Assembly (NCBI GenBank): GCA_964016885.1
Contig: OZ024745.1
Location: 111,972,001 to 112,036,000 of the forward strand
Source: Eledone cirrhosa
Lineage: Eukaryota
DNA: 64,000 nucleotides
Reading direction: 5' to 3'
The position numbers and the translations under genes were made by a program. Shown here piece by piece: positions 25,194 to 37,378 of the stretch (position 1 is its first letter; each line of letters begins with the position of its first letter). The notes under the pieces are model-generated. The model saw nothing but the letters and a program-made list of their open reading frames with translations, did not search any database and was not told where the DNA came from.

Positions 25194-27194
25194 CGTCTGA
25201 GTTGGTAGAATGGAAAATAAAAGGTAGATCATCGATCTTACAGTATTTGGTTTATTACTTCTATACCCTAACTTTATATTTTGCTGAAGTCATGATTCCG
25301 CTGTTGTTAAAATAAGCAAAAGACACATAGTAGGTTTGAATCAACTCCTTCTATATAAATATCTAACATTGTGTTAATATTTGAAGTCCCTATTATGAAG
25401 CTGCATGGTCTAATGGTTAGAATACTTAATGTACAATCGTAATGTCATCGGTTCGATTATTGGACTGGATGCTGTGTTGTGTTCTTGGGCCAAACACTTT
25501 ATTTTAGTCACTTAGTACCAAAGAAACCAGAGATAAGCACCAGCCAGATGAGTTTTCAGCTTAGAACAGACTTTAACTATAAGATGGTTGATGTTAAAAT
25601 TAATAGAGTATCAGACAAAATACATATTTAGCTATGTTCCCTTATATTCTGAATTTAAATCTTGTCCAGGTACACTTTAGTTTTCATTATTTTTTGGGGG
25701 ATTTGCAGTATCGGTAGAGATTCGGACACCATGCTTTGATGCTTTGAGTTACAGCCCTTGCCATTCTGAGTTCTAATCCTGCCGAGGTTAACTTTGCCTT
25801 TCATCCTTACGGGGTCGATAAAATAAAGTACCACTAATGTACTGGGTAATTGCTGGCCTTGTGCCAAATGTAGAAACAAATTATTTTTTTGGGTCAATAA
25901 AATAAGTGCCAGCCACATACTCAGAACAATATAAAAGGTGGTGTCCCAACATTCCTTCACTCCTATGAATGAAACCCATAAAAGAATGAATTTCCCATTT
26001 ATTGATATAAATAAAACACACCAATAGACCCTTACATGATGGAGTTTTCATGTTCTGGTAAGATGTGACCATAATAATTATTTGACAAGATGATAAGTAA
26101 AGGTTTAAAGGCAAGATGGTGATTCTGTGATTTCAATCCAGTTAATCAATATATTTAAAGTGCTGCTTAACAAAGATAATTGTTCTCAAACTGAATCCTG
26201 ACAAAACTGTTTAGCGTTTTCTATATTGAAGATTAATAGCATAACTAATGTACTAAGAGAATAAGTGATCAAAAACTGTGCTGTGTCTGCTATTATAATT
26301 CTATGTTGCTATGATAAATAATTTGATTGGCAACGCCAATACAAAACAGATCTGATTAGTGATAATTAACAATCAGAGTCTAGTAATGCTTCTTCTTTTG
26401 TTTGATGTCAGAAGGAAGAAATCTTCTCCGAGGAAAGGAAATAACTCAATAAACCAGTATGAAGTAAGTGGAAATGTTGAAACGTAGAAATAGTAAACTG
26501 TAGCCATGAGACAGAAACTAACTTACACTTAAACATGAAAGAACTAGTAACTAACTTACGCTTTAAACATGAAAGAACTGGAATCATTTAAAACACAATC
26601 TTATCTTATGATTATCAAAGAAAATAATATCTAATAATATTTTGTGGTTACTTGAAACTACTTGAAAATTTTTGCGTTAGCTGAAATTTAAATTTTTAAG
26701 TTTGAAATCCTGAACAATTCAACTTGGTCTTCTATACCTTTGCAGTCAATAAAACCAACACCACCAAGGTATTAGTATATCATTATCATCACTGTTTAAC
26801 GTCCATTCTTTCATGTTAGACGAGTTGTCCTGGTGTGATACAAGTCAGATCAGTTGATCATGTCTTGCTTATACAGAACTGGCTTGATTTCTATGGCTGG
26901 ATGCCTTTCCTAATGCCAACTACATTTACAGTGTGGACTAGGTGCTTTTGATCGTGACATCTACATGACCACTACAGTGTGGACTGAGTGCTTTTTGTCA
27001 TGACACCAGCATGAGTGCCTCAGATAGGATAATTTGGCAGTATAAGAACAACAAACACCAACATGGTATAAGTATATATTTGTGATATTCAGCTGGAGCA
27101 GCACAGTACTCTAGATGGACAGCAACTGTGCCTCAGTTTTGATAATTTAGTGGTATAATAACAACAATGCAAACTTGGCTGATTCATAATAGTT

Positions 27195-27475
27195 AAAGTC
27201 TGTTCTAAGCCAAATGCTCATCAGGCTGGTGCTTAGCCCCAGTTTCCTTGGCATTAAGTGACTGAGAGTACAAGACTGTCCCTGGACAGGACACCAGTCT
27301 AATGCAGGTTTAACTTCCCAGCTACTGCTGGTACTTAATCTCAGCTGAGTGTATTTGAGCAATGTGAAATAAAGTGTTTTGCTCAAGAACACGACACAGC
27401 AACCTGCCCAGAAACCAAACCAATGGCATTACAATCGTACATCAAGCATCCTAACCATTGTGCCACACAGCTTCA
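27195..27475 (-). mobile_element. tRNA-derived SINE family S3. Other copies: ~25400-25580(+), 55385-55670(+), 59393-59675(+)
   Basis: TGG..TAATGGTTAG head, TGTTGTGTTCTTGAGCAAAACACTT middle, ...AAACTGGG...CAGACTTTA tail. Confidence 0.7.
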
Positions 27476-28011
27476 TTTTACTTGCCTCTTCTAAAATCAT
27501 GATTAGTTCGGAAGTTTATAGAAACACACAGTCTGGCTGTGTAAACATTAAATACTCATGCACTGGAAGAAATATATTAAAAATGCACACACAGCCATGA
27601 ATTGGACCTAATCTACTTAATCCTCTCAGGGATTTTGTTGTTTATAATATAAAGATATCGAAGAAATCAAATAGAAAAATTATTCCTGTGATGTTGTTAG
27701 AATGCTGCAAAAATATTGGTTGTCAATAAATGAATGTTGTTTTATTAAGTTTGAACAAACAAAATAAAAACAAATCAAACAAGAAGAAAAACAAAGAAAT
27801 AAAAGTAAATGTGTTTGAATCTTTTGTACTTCAGTGTTAACGATTTGTTCTTTGTAATATAGGATAGATGCTTCTTCAAATTAAAATTTTTGCAATCAAT
27901 TGAGCCAGTATATATTTTATTTTATGTTCTTAATGGCGGAAGAGGCTGTGCTTATAGACTTCTTATTTCTGATAAGAATGGTGTGATCAATGTGGTTAAT
28001 ATTTCTTTTAA

Positions 28012-28244
28012 CCCTTTAGCATTTACATTACTCTCTATTTACTATTGTTCTTTCATGGTAAATGCTTTACCTCTCATAATTATCTCACATAATATCTCAC
28101 ATAATATTGAATCAATGAGATTTTTATATTATTTACTTTGAGAACAATACCTTAGCATCAGTATGATTGGCTGGTTACAGCCGGTTTGAACAGAAAGAGG
28201 TGAGAGAATTCTGGCTGGATATGGCTGGTTTAAATGTTAAAGGG
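28012..28244. mobile_element. piggyBac-like MITE, family A (best-preserved copy)
   Basis: TTAA at 28008-28011 and 28245-28248; TIR CCCTTTAGCATTTA / TAAATGTTAAAGGG. Confidence 0.85.
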
Positions 28245-29307
28245 TTAAACCTGTGCATGGGCTAGGAGGGAATTCTAAAGGGAAAACATTCTTGAGAAGA
28301 ATGACCGAGTATATAGATTTGTGGGGGCCTGAGGGTGGAAATGTTAAAGATGAGGAAATATGGAGAGATGTGTAAGTTGGAAATGCCTGAGTGGTAGGTT
28401 TGGTAGTTATTTCTCTAGAGTTAGGTTAAGTGAATTAAATTGAATAGAATGATTGCTTAAAAGAGGCATTTTAATTTATGACCCCTTCCTTCCAGTTACC
28501 ACATTGAGTGTTAGATTATTTAGTAAAATAGTTTTACAATTTTATATTGTATAAGAATTATCTACAACAGATTCTTATTTAGAGATTAATTGTTAATATC
28601 TTGTTCATGTGATTCAAAGAAATAACTTAATTCTTAAATTAATCTTCTTTGAATGAAAGCAAAACTGAGTTAACGAAGTTGAATATCTTGCGGGCACATA
28701 CTAACTATAAGGATATTTCTCCCCACATGTCAGTAATCTGAAATGTAATTCTAATATTTGAAACCAAGCAAATGTTACTTATATTAGTGAAAACTCAGTT
28801 TCTGTTTCTATAACTCTTCCTTACTATTCCTATTTTAAAATTTCCTACACTGTTTATTGGAATATTATGCATACATGACCTATATCTTAATATATGAAAG
28901 CAAATGTATGTATGTTCCAAGCTGTAGGCTATAGTTTTTCATTTAGGCAGCTGAACTTTTGCACATAAACATATCTTTTTAAGAAGAAGGTCAGAGGTTA
29001 TGTGACAGTTTCTGAAATTTGTTCTATTTAATTCTAGACAGAAAAGAAACAAAATTAAGAATACTTTATACACCTAAGCACTGCAATAAATGCTGGAAAA
29101 AGTTACTGATCAGAAAAAGGATTCATTTAGATTAATTATGTAAATTACTACAATATTTTGATAAAATGTATGTTTTCTGAGAAAATCAAAAATGTAAGAG
29201 TAAAACTATATTCTAAAATCTGTATTTGTTTAATTTTTGTGCATTTTTATGATTCAATTTAAATTATGTCTGAAATATAGTGAATTAATACAAGTATATT
29301 TATATAT

Positions 29308-29645
29308 GGAGGCACATGGCTTAGTGGTTAGAGCATTGGCCTTGCAATCAAAAGGTTGTGAGTTCAATTCTCAGACTGGGTGATTTGTTGTTTTCGTGAG
29401 CAAGACACTTTATTTCACATTGCTCCAGTTTACTCAGCTGTAGAAATGAGATGATAGCGACTGGGGTCCCTATCAGTCCACTGCAAAGTGGTCGTGGAGG
29501 TGCCACGGCAAAAAAGCACCCAGCACTCACTGTATATGAGGTTGGTGTTAGGAAGGGCATCCAGCTGTAGAAATCAAGCCAGAATCAGTTCCCGTCCCAC
29601 CCTTGCAAGCAGGGAAAAGTGGATGTAAAATGAAAAAAATGATGA
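29308..29645 (+). mobile_element. Full-length SINE family S1
   Basis: GGAGGCACATGGCTTAGTGGTTAGAGC...GAGTTCAATTCTC head; CORE/Meta-like middle; RTE-type tail. Confidence 0.88.
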
Positions 29646-30114
29646 TAGGCATTAATAAACTTGTGCAAAACTGCGTGCATGCTTTTTATTTTTATTTGTA
29701 TTTTCCACTCTAAGGGAGTCTTTTACATTTATTATTCCTGATGAGGTGATGAGGGAAAGTAATTAATTAATCGAAACGTTTGATTATGGATTTCTTCTGC
29801 TCATAACTGAAACATGTGTAGAATAATAAAAAGATGTTTTAAATTCCTAAAAGCCTTTGACTTTCCTATAAATACATATTAATGCTATGTGATGTTGGCC
29901 ATTTTCCAATCTCTCGGATTTTACCTCCTGGATCTTACCCTGGATTTCTTTGATCTGCATCATTAATCATCAACATCATTATCATCGTTTAATGTCAATT
30001 TTCCATGCTAGCATGGATAATCATAACAACACATTGAGCTTCCCAACATCTTGTTTAGTCAAAATTAAGTGGACATCGCCATTTCTAAATCTTTGTGTAT
30101 GTACATATATATAT

Positions 30115-30458
30115 CATCATCATCATTCATCATCATCATTTTACGTCTGCTTTTCCCTGCTTGCAAGGGTGGGACGGGAACTGATTCTGGCTTGATTTCT
30201 ACAGCTGGATGCCCTTCCTAACACCAACCTCATTTACAGTGAGTGCTGGGTGCTTTTTTGCCGTGGCACCTCCACGACCACTTTGCAGTGGAATGATATG
30301 GACCCCAGTCGCTATCATCTCATTTCTACACCTGAGTAAACTGGAGCAATGTGAAATAAAGTGTCTTGCTCAAGGAAACAACACATCAACCAGTCTGAGA
30401 ATTGAACTCACAACCTTTCGATTGCAAGCCCAATGCTCTAACCACTAAGCCATGTGCC
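30115..30458 (-). mobile_element. Full-length SINE family S1, inverted relative to the copy at 29308
   Basis: Near-identical reverse complement of 29308-29645. Confidence 0.88.
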
Positions 30459-30489
30459 TATATATATACACACACACACATGTACACTG

Positions 30490-30550
<61 letters not shown>

Positions 30551-30700
30551 TGTTGAAGAATAACACAAGGTAAAGCAGTTAATTAAGCCATTGTTTTATG
30601 ATCGTTTTAAAGAGCAAAATTATTGATGTGCAGACCAATCGATAGCAGTTATGCAACTTCACATCATTAGCCTTGAAAAAACACATCTAATATATATAAA

Positions 30701-30740
<40 letters not shown>

Positions 30741-30950
30741 AATATTGTGTACAGTGCTCAGGTGCACTACAACTCATCAAAAAGTGTATGTATAGTACAT
30801 AGGGTAATGTACAAACATCAGGAAAATGAACAGTGCATGAGTCATGATACACACATGTGTGCATGTGTATCAGGTGTAGTTTTGGCGTATTTCGGGAAGC
30901 ATGCTATATATATGAATGAAAAATGGCGAGCTGTGTTGTTGCAAATAGGA

Positions 30951-31325
30951 TATATATAAAAATGAAGAATTAGAAATAGAAGCCAGGACTATCCGTCATC
31001 AGTGGTCTACTAGCCATCATAGGTACTTCTTTGCATTACAGACCATATACCTCAGGCTAGGGTGATGCAATAACTAAAATAAGTTATTGGGATAAAAAGA
31101 GTTGGGTGGAGATTCCTCTCTTTATGTTGTCTCACCATTCGTGTTTGTTTACCTGTCTCTCTTTCTCCACCCAACTCGTTTTATCCCAATAACTTATTTT
31201 AGTTATTGCATCGCCCTAGCCTGAGGTATATGGTCTGTAATGCGAAGAAATACCTATGATGGCTAGTAGACCACTGATGATGGATAGTCCTGGCTTCTAT
31301 TTCTAATTCTTAATTTTTATATATA
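30951..31325. repeat. Long inverted repeat (foldback element), ~160-bp arms and ~51-bp spacer
   Basis: 30951-31112 is the reverse complement of 31164-31325 with a few substitutions. Confidence 0.9.
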
Positions 31326-31333
31326 TATATATA

Positions 31334-31862
31334 AACCTAGGACGATTTGATAAATTCCGACCTTACACACTTGCACCTCTCTAAGACAATGTCACTGGAC
31401 CGAGACCTTTGGCGCTACGCAGTAATACAGAAGACCCGCCTTGCCTATGTGCAAAGCGAAACCTACAGTCAGTAGGCACCTCTTAACCAAATATATACCC
31501 CAATCCACTATGCCTACCCTATCCTCCCACTCCCACCAACACCACCCTCTCTCTGTAAAGTTGGTACCACAACATCCAGTCCAAATAAATGAGATAATGA
31601 GATCGAGTTCGTGTAGGTGTCACGACAAAAGAACACACAGTAATGTGGTTGTGTAGGTAACACGGTAAAAAGTTCCCAGATCCATACTGTAAATGTGGTT
31701 GGTGTTTGGAAGGGCATCCAGCTGTAGAAAACCTGCCAGATAGTCCTATATGAGCGAGACACAGTCACCCGACCAACCTTGCCTCAAGTGAGACAATTCC
31801 CGTCTAACCCATGCTAACGTGGAAGATGGACATTAAACGAAGATGATAATGATGATGATGAT
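31334..31862 (+). mobile_element. RTE LINE 3' fragment
   Basis: Last codons DLINSDLTHLHLSKTMSLDRDLWRY, then 3' UTR and (GAT)n tail. Confidence 0.88.
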
Positions 31863-31870
31863 ATATATAA

Positions 31871-33168
31871 TGTACTCTCAAGAAATTTTGAGACTTTTTC
31901 TTTTCAGACACTTTTAATTGACCTATGTAACTGCCACTCTAATACATCCTTGATATTGTTATAATAAGCTAACTTTTTCAGAGTTGAAGGCTCGGGCCAC
32001 TGCAGCACTTTAAACTCTACCTGCCATAGATATCTTGTCACAGCTGATTGGTTCCACAATGCAGTCAGAAGATGGACAACTTGGAGGTCCAATATGCAAT
32101 AAAGTTTTGAGTTGAGCTCAGCAAAAATGCTACAGAAACCTATGAAATTGTTAAAATTGCTTATGGACTAACTTTCATGAGCTGGGCAACTGTTTTCTGC
32201 TAGCACAATAGGTTCCAGGAGTGCAGGGAATAGGTGACGGATGATGAAAAGTGTGGCTGAGAGAGGAACATCAGGAGACCAAAGTTGGTTGACAAAATTC
32301 ACAAATTTCTGGATGTGGACTATCGTGCTTCTCTTCTGACGATTGCTAAACAATTGGTAGTGGCGGAGGCCACTGTGCACAGAGTCATTCATGACAATCT
32401 GAACATGCCCAAAGTTTGTTCCCAGGGCGCTCAATGAAGATCAAAAGCCTAGGTGCATTGATGACAGTGGTGAGATGGTTGAGTGGATCACTTCGAATTC
32501 AAGTGTCTTTGAATCTCTGGTAATCTGTGATGAGAACTGGGTCTACTTTTATGATCCAGAGACCAAGAGTCAGAGTGCCCCATGGAAACATTCTGACTTC
32601 CCAAGACCCAAGAAGGCCAGGCAAAGCAGGTTCACTGGGAAGCTCATGATGATTCCATTCTTCAACAGCAAGGGCATCATCTCCATTCACTGGGTCTCCT
32701 AAGGGGCCAGACAATCAACAAAATGTACTACGTAGAAGTTTTACGGCAGTTCAGAAAGATATTTCTTTGCAAGAGACCAGAACTCTTCAAGCCTAGTCAG
32801 TGGCACCTGCACCAGGACAATGCCCCTTGCCACAAATTCATCCTGGTGACCAACTATTTGGCTGATATGGGGATCTCCTTACAGTCCAGACTTAGCCCAT
32901 GTGACTTCTGGATGTTACCGAAGCTGAAAGAGAAGCTCAGGGGTTTCTGCTTTGAGGGTATGGAGAAGATGAAGAAGGTTGTGACAAGGATCCTGGACAC
33001 CTTCACTTTGGAGGACTACAAGGGGGACTTCCAGAAGTGACTAGAGCACTACAACAAGTGCGTTGAAGTAGGAGGATCTTACTTTAAGGGAGACTAGAGT
33101 TTTGTGTTGATCTGAGTTAAATAAATGTCTCTCTCTGATAAGTCTGAAAATCTCTTGAGTGTACCTCA
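31871..33168 (+). mobile_element. Decayed full-length mariner (DD34D) transposon
   Basis: Imperfect TIRs GTACTCTCAAGAAATTTTGAGACTT / AAGTCTGAAAATCTCTTGAGTGTAC; VICDENWVYFYDPETK, WHLHQDNAPCH and SPCDFW motifs; several stops and frameshifts. Confidence 0.9.
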
Positions 33169-33604
33169 TGAGGAGTCCACACACTCATGTGCGTTTTAAG
33201 ATCATTTCCCTCACGAAAGCAACGATTAGCCCTGGAGGGACCATGGCATGGTGTCCCTTTCTTTTGGTTTTGTGATTATAAATATTAGTTAAATCAAATA
33301 TATTATAATTCTGAAGAATGTTGTCTTTCCTAATTGGCTCACAAATTGACCACTTTGAATTTTTTCTTGATACAAAACAAAATAATTGTGGTTTTTAACC
33401 ACCAACTTGAAAGCAACATATTTTATTAATCGAAATAATGATCATTAAAATCTATACATTTTTGCCAACAAAAAAATCCATTTATTTTTGTAGTATATGG
33501 ATTTCTAGAAGTGATAAAGTTTGAGTTTTACTTCAGTTTTATTTTATATGCACCCCCCACCCCCCCGCCCGGGAGGGCAATTCAGAAATGCTTCTACTGC
33601 CCCT

Positions 33605-34458
33605 GTATTGATGTTTCACTTTGATCTAGTCATTGCACAGAAGATCATCCTTGTTTTATAGAATCCATCTTTTGTCACATGTCTTGCTGTGGTCAAGAAA
33701 TGGTTAATTTCCTAGTGGTGATTTAAAAAAAATTATTTTTTTAGTTCATGCAGAACTCTTTTGTAAATCTTTTTAAAATGAGTAGTGCAAATAAGCATTG
33801 CAGTGCTTTACATGAGTTTTACTTCAGTAATGACCCTCAATTGACCATCAATCTCATAAGTTTCTCCATCATCAAGACTCTTGTCTCCACCTTGAAATTT
33901 CTGAAACCAATGTTGAGCTGTACATATATTGATAAGTTCCTGGTCAATTTTTTTTTTATCCTTTCATGATCGATAAATAAAGTACTAGTCTGGTACCTGA
34001 GTCAATTTTTCTTCTGTATTCCCCTCCCCTGTCTCTCTCTGGAAGAAATTGGCTGTTTTCTGATCAAGAGTGAAATGCGTTCTGCCAGGTTTAAAATGCC
34101 TCATGCTGGGGTATGTCAGAATGGCACCCCCACAACTCCATCAGGAATTAATGGCCCTTTATTGTTTTTACTCAGACTAATTGCTTGTTTGATATTGTCA
34201 ACAGTTTCCACTGCTTTACATTCCTGCTTGAACTCATATAATACAATCAACTAAATTTGCTTTACTTTCCATTTTTAATTGGACAACCAAAAATAAACAA
34301 AAGTAAACAGTGAAAGCAAAATCAGTAGCATAAATCGATAGACCAAATTGTGCACTTCAAAATGGTATAGTACATAAACATAGTTAAGAGTTTATTCCAA
34401 AATAAGCATCAAAGTTTAAAATAACAAACACTGCAATTATTTTTGCACTAACCTAATA
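33605..34458 (-). mobile_element. Decayed cecropia-subfamily (Hsmar1-like) mariner, 5' half
   Basis: Minus-strand TIR TATTAGGTTAGTGCAAAAATAATTGCAG at 34431-34458; YEFKQECKAVETVDNI and PFLDHSKTCDKRWIL; interrupted by a SINE at ~33940-34160. Confidence 0.7.
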
Positions 34459-36344
34459 GCATAAAAAAAAATCTTATTTCCATTACTCATAATATTGTAA
34501 TTTAAAATACTTCATGTATGTGGTTTGCAAAAAGAGGCAGAAAACTACTGGTAGATTAAGGAGATTAATATTGGTGAGGATATGAGGCATCAAGTCAATC
34601 TCTTTAAATATATTTTTCAATATGTGTTTTTAAATGATTTCCTGCTTGTTTGTTAGTTTTTTTTTGTTTTTTTATCTAAGAGATATGCAATTTCATGCTA
34701 TTTTAGAAACCAGCTGTTTAGAGCAACTCTTAATAACCCTTTTTTTTTCATTTGAAATAAAAATTATTATGACTAACTACTGACAGCATACATTTAAAAA
34801 CTAAAATAATAGAAAATACCATTATTATTCTTAGCTATTGCTGATGCTCAAAATTTATTCCCAACATTACTATGAACTGCTATTGTATTTCTTGTATCAT
34901 TTTAAGAATGGTTCATATTCTTAACCTCGTACTGTATGTTATGCTATATGTACTTGCTATCAAACGCTATTACAGAAAATAAGGTTCTGGTTGTAAAATT
35001 TAAAGCTGCCATATTATATATTACACCAATCAAATATATAATGCTTGTTGCTGAATTTTGCTTACAGTTAGACCTTGCTTGTCAGAACAAGAGAAGCAAA
35101 GAGTATTTCGTTGAGATAAGTAATCTGATTATGTACAAAGAAAGTTATACTGAACATGATTATGTAAATAAGCATGATCACAGAATTCTTATGTCATTCA
35201 ATTGTAGGTTGTACACAAAGAATATAGGATTAAATATCCTGTTAAGAGACACATTTCCAGTGAATATGATGCCACATGAGCTTGTAACTCAGTACCTTCT
35301 CTATGCAACCATGTTATCTCTATTAATAAAAAATATGTAGAAAATAGTTTTCAGTATTCTTTGGTATAAGAAGAGAGTGAAGAAAGCAGAATGTGAAACT
35401 GTACAGTTTGTTTTGTGGTATTTATTCCGGCTTTCTTGTATTCTGTGTTCCAATTTCATTCAGGTCAACTTTGCTTTTCATTCTTCCAATGTTGCTAAAG
35501 TATCCCTCCAGAGAGGTGTTTAGGATGCCTTATGGTATTTGTTGTATCTCTTTGTATTCTGAGTTCAACTCTTGCCATGGCTTACTTGCATAATAGATTT
35601 AATCATTTGCCTGATTTAACCCCACCACCTGGCTCTTAGGGGCCTTTTGCAAAGCCAACTTTGTTGCAAGCTTTTGGGTCAGGTCTCTAGCTTGAGTGTA
35701 CTTTCCTTCCCACCCTCACCCATGAAAAGAGTCATGGGAGCCTTTTCTCTTGAATAGTCAATATGGAATGGTCCCATAATTTCTGATAGTCATAGGGGCA
35801 TCATATTAACATACAGCATTTCTTGGGTATTTTAAACCTGGCAGAGCCCATCTCTTCTCCAGGGTTTAGTATAGCAGATTTTTTCCAGAGAAGGATAGAA
35901 AATGAGAGAGAGGAAGTGAGAAAGAGATATAGAGATATAGAAGAAGAATCAAACCTAGTACTAAACTAGTACTTTTTTATCAACCTCGAGAGTATGAAAG
36001 GTAAATTGACCTCAACGGGATTTGAACTCAAAGAGTCAGAATGAATATTACAAAGCACTCTCTCCAATGTTCTATTGCTCTGCCAACTCGCTTTGTTTGA
36101 AAAGGTGATTAAAAAATGCAAAAAAAAAAAAAATTTGGCTATTTCACTATTCTGAGTTTAAATCTTACTAAGTTTGACTTTTAACCTTTAAATATATGAG
36201 ATAAGTTCTTGAGAATATAATTTTTTTGACTATTAACATCATCTTTAGAGATGAACCATTTAAAAATATTTATATCTACACTATGTTCTGCATGATTTGA
36301 TCTATCATCATTGTCATCAAACAATTCCTCCTCCTTCACCATTT

Positions 36345-36995
36345 TTACATCTATTTTCCCATGCTTGCATGGGTTGGATGGGTCCTTTTCAGCACATCAT
36401 CTCACCACGTGCTGTGTTCCTTTGTCAACTCCTTTGTGAGTCTCAGTGATTTGAGATCAGCTCTCATCTCCCCTGTCCAGGTCTTCCCTGGTCTTCCTCT
36501 GCTGTGGCCTCCTTCTGCTGGCATTTGTTAGCACTCTTTCACCCAGCAATCATCTTCCATGTGCATTACATGTCCATATTAATGCAGTCTTCTCTCTTGG
36601 ACACCACTTTGGATTCCTCTTAAACACAGTTTCTCCCTCAGTTCAATCAAGCTCTGCCTTTCTCTCACATTTATATTGCACATCTAATGAAGCATGGTAG
36701 CTTCATTTCTCTCCAGCTTCCTAAACCCAGTTTCTCCCTAACCAAGCTGTGCCTTTCTCTCACATTTACATTGTGCATATAACGAAGCATGATAGCTTCA
36801 CCCCCCCCCCCCGACTTCCTAAACCCAGTTTCTCCCTCAGTTCAACCAAGCTCTGCCTTTCTCACATTTACATTGCACATCCAACAAAGCATGGTAGCTT
36901 CATTTCTCTCCAGCCTACTCATGTCCTCTGCAGTTACAACCCATGTTTCACTACCATGCAGCATCACACCTCACACACAGATGTCATATGGCTGA
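36345..36995 (-). mobile_element. Old RTE 3' relic with an internal ~90-100-bp triplication
   Basis: Minus strand gives HGSETW and RRLH*YGHV; unit CAGTTTCTCCCT...AAGCATGGTAGCTTCA occurs three times. Confidence 0.65.
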
Positions 36996-37323
36996 CATTT
37001 TGTATTTGTAGATATGTACATAAGACTGTCATAATGAATCTTGAGAACTACTTTCAGAATACATGTATTTATAGAATGCTCAGTCACTTTCATGTTATTT
37101 TCATGAGCAGGCTGTTCAATTGGTCAAGCAACTGGTACATTTGTTGTCTGAATTGATGAAGATCCATATCCCCCCCCCCCACACACACACGTACACTCAC
37201 ACAGACACACAAAAACACAGACACACAGAAACACACACACACACAAAAACACGCACACACATAGACACGCACACTCACAAACACACACTGGCATGCATAT
37301 GCACACACACACACATACTCACA

Positions 37324-37378
<55 letters not shown>

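Noticed and set aside
29308-29385. tRNA genes
   Set aside because: The A/B boxes belong to SINE heads that continue into SINE body and tail; no complete cloverleaf is apparent.
34936-35340. 134-aa ORF as a host exon
   Set aside because: AT-rich, with no recognisable domain or convincing splice signals; this length is expected by chance.
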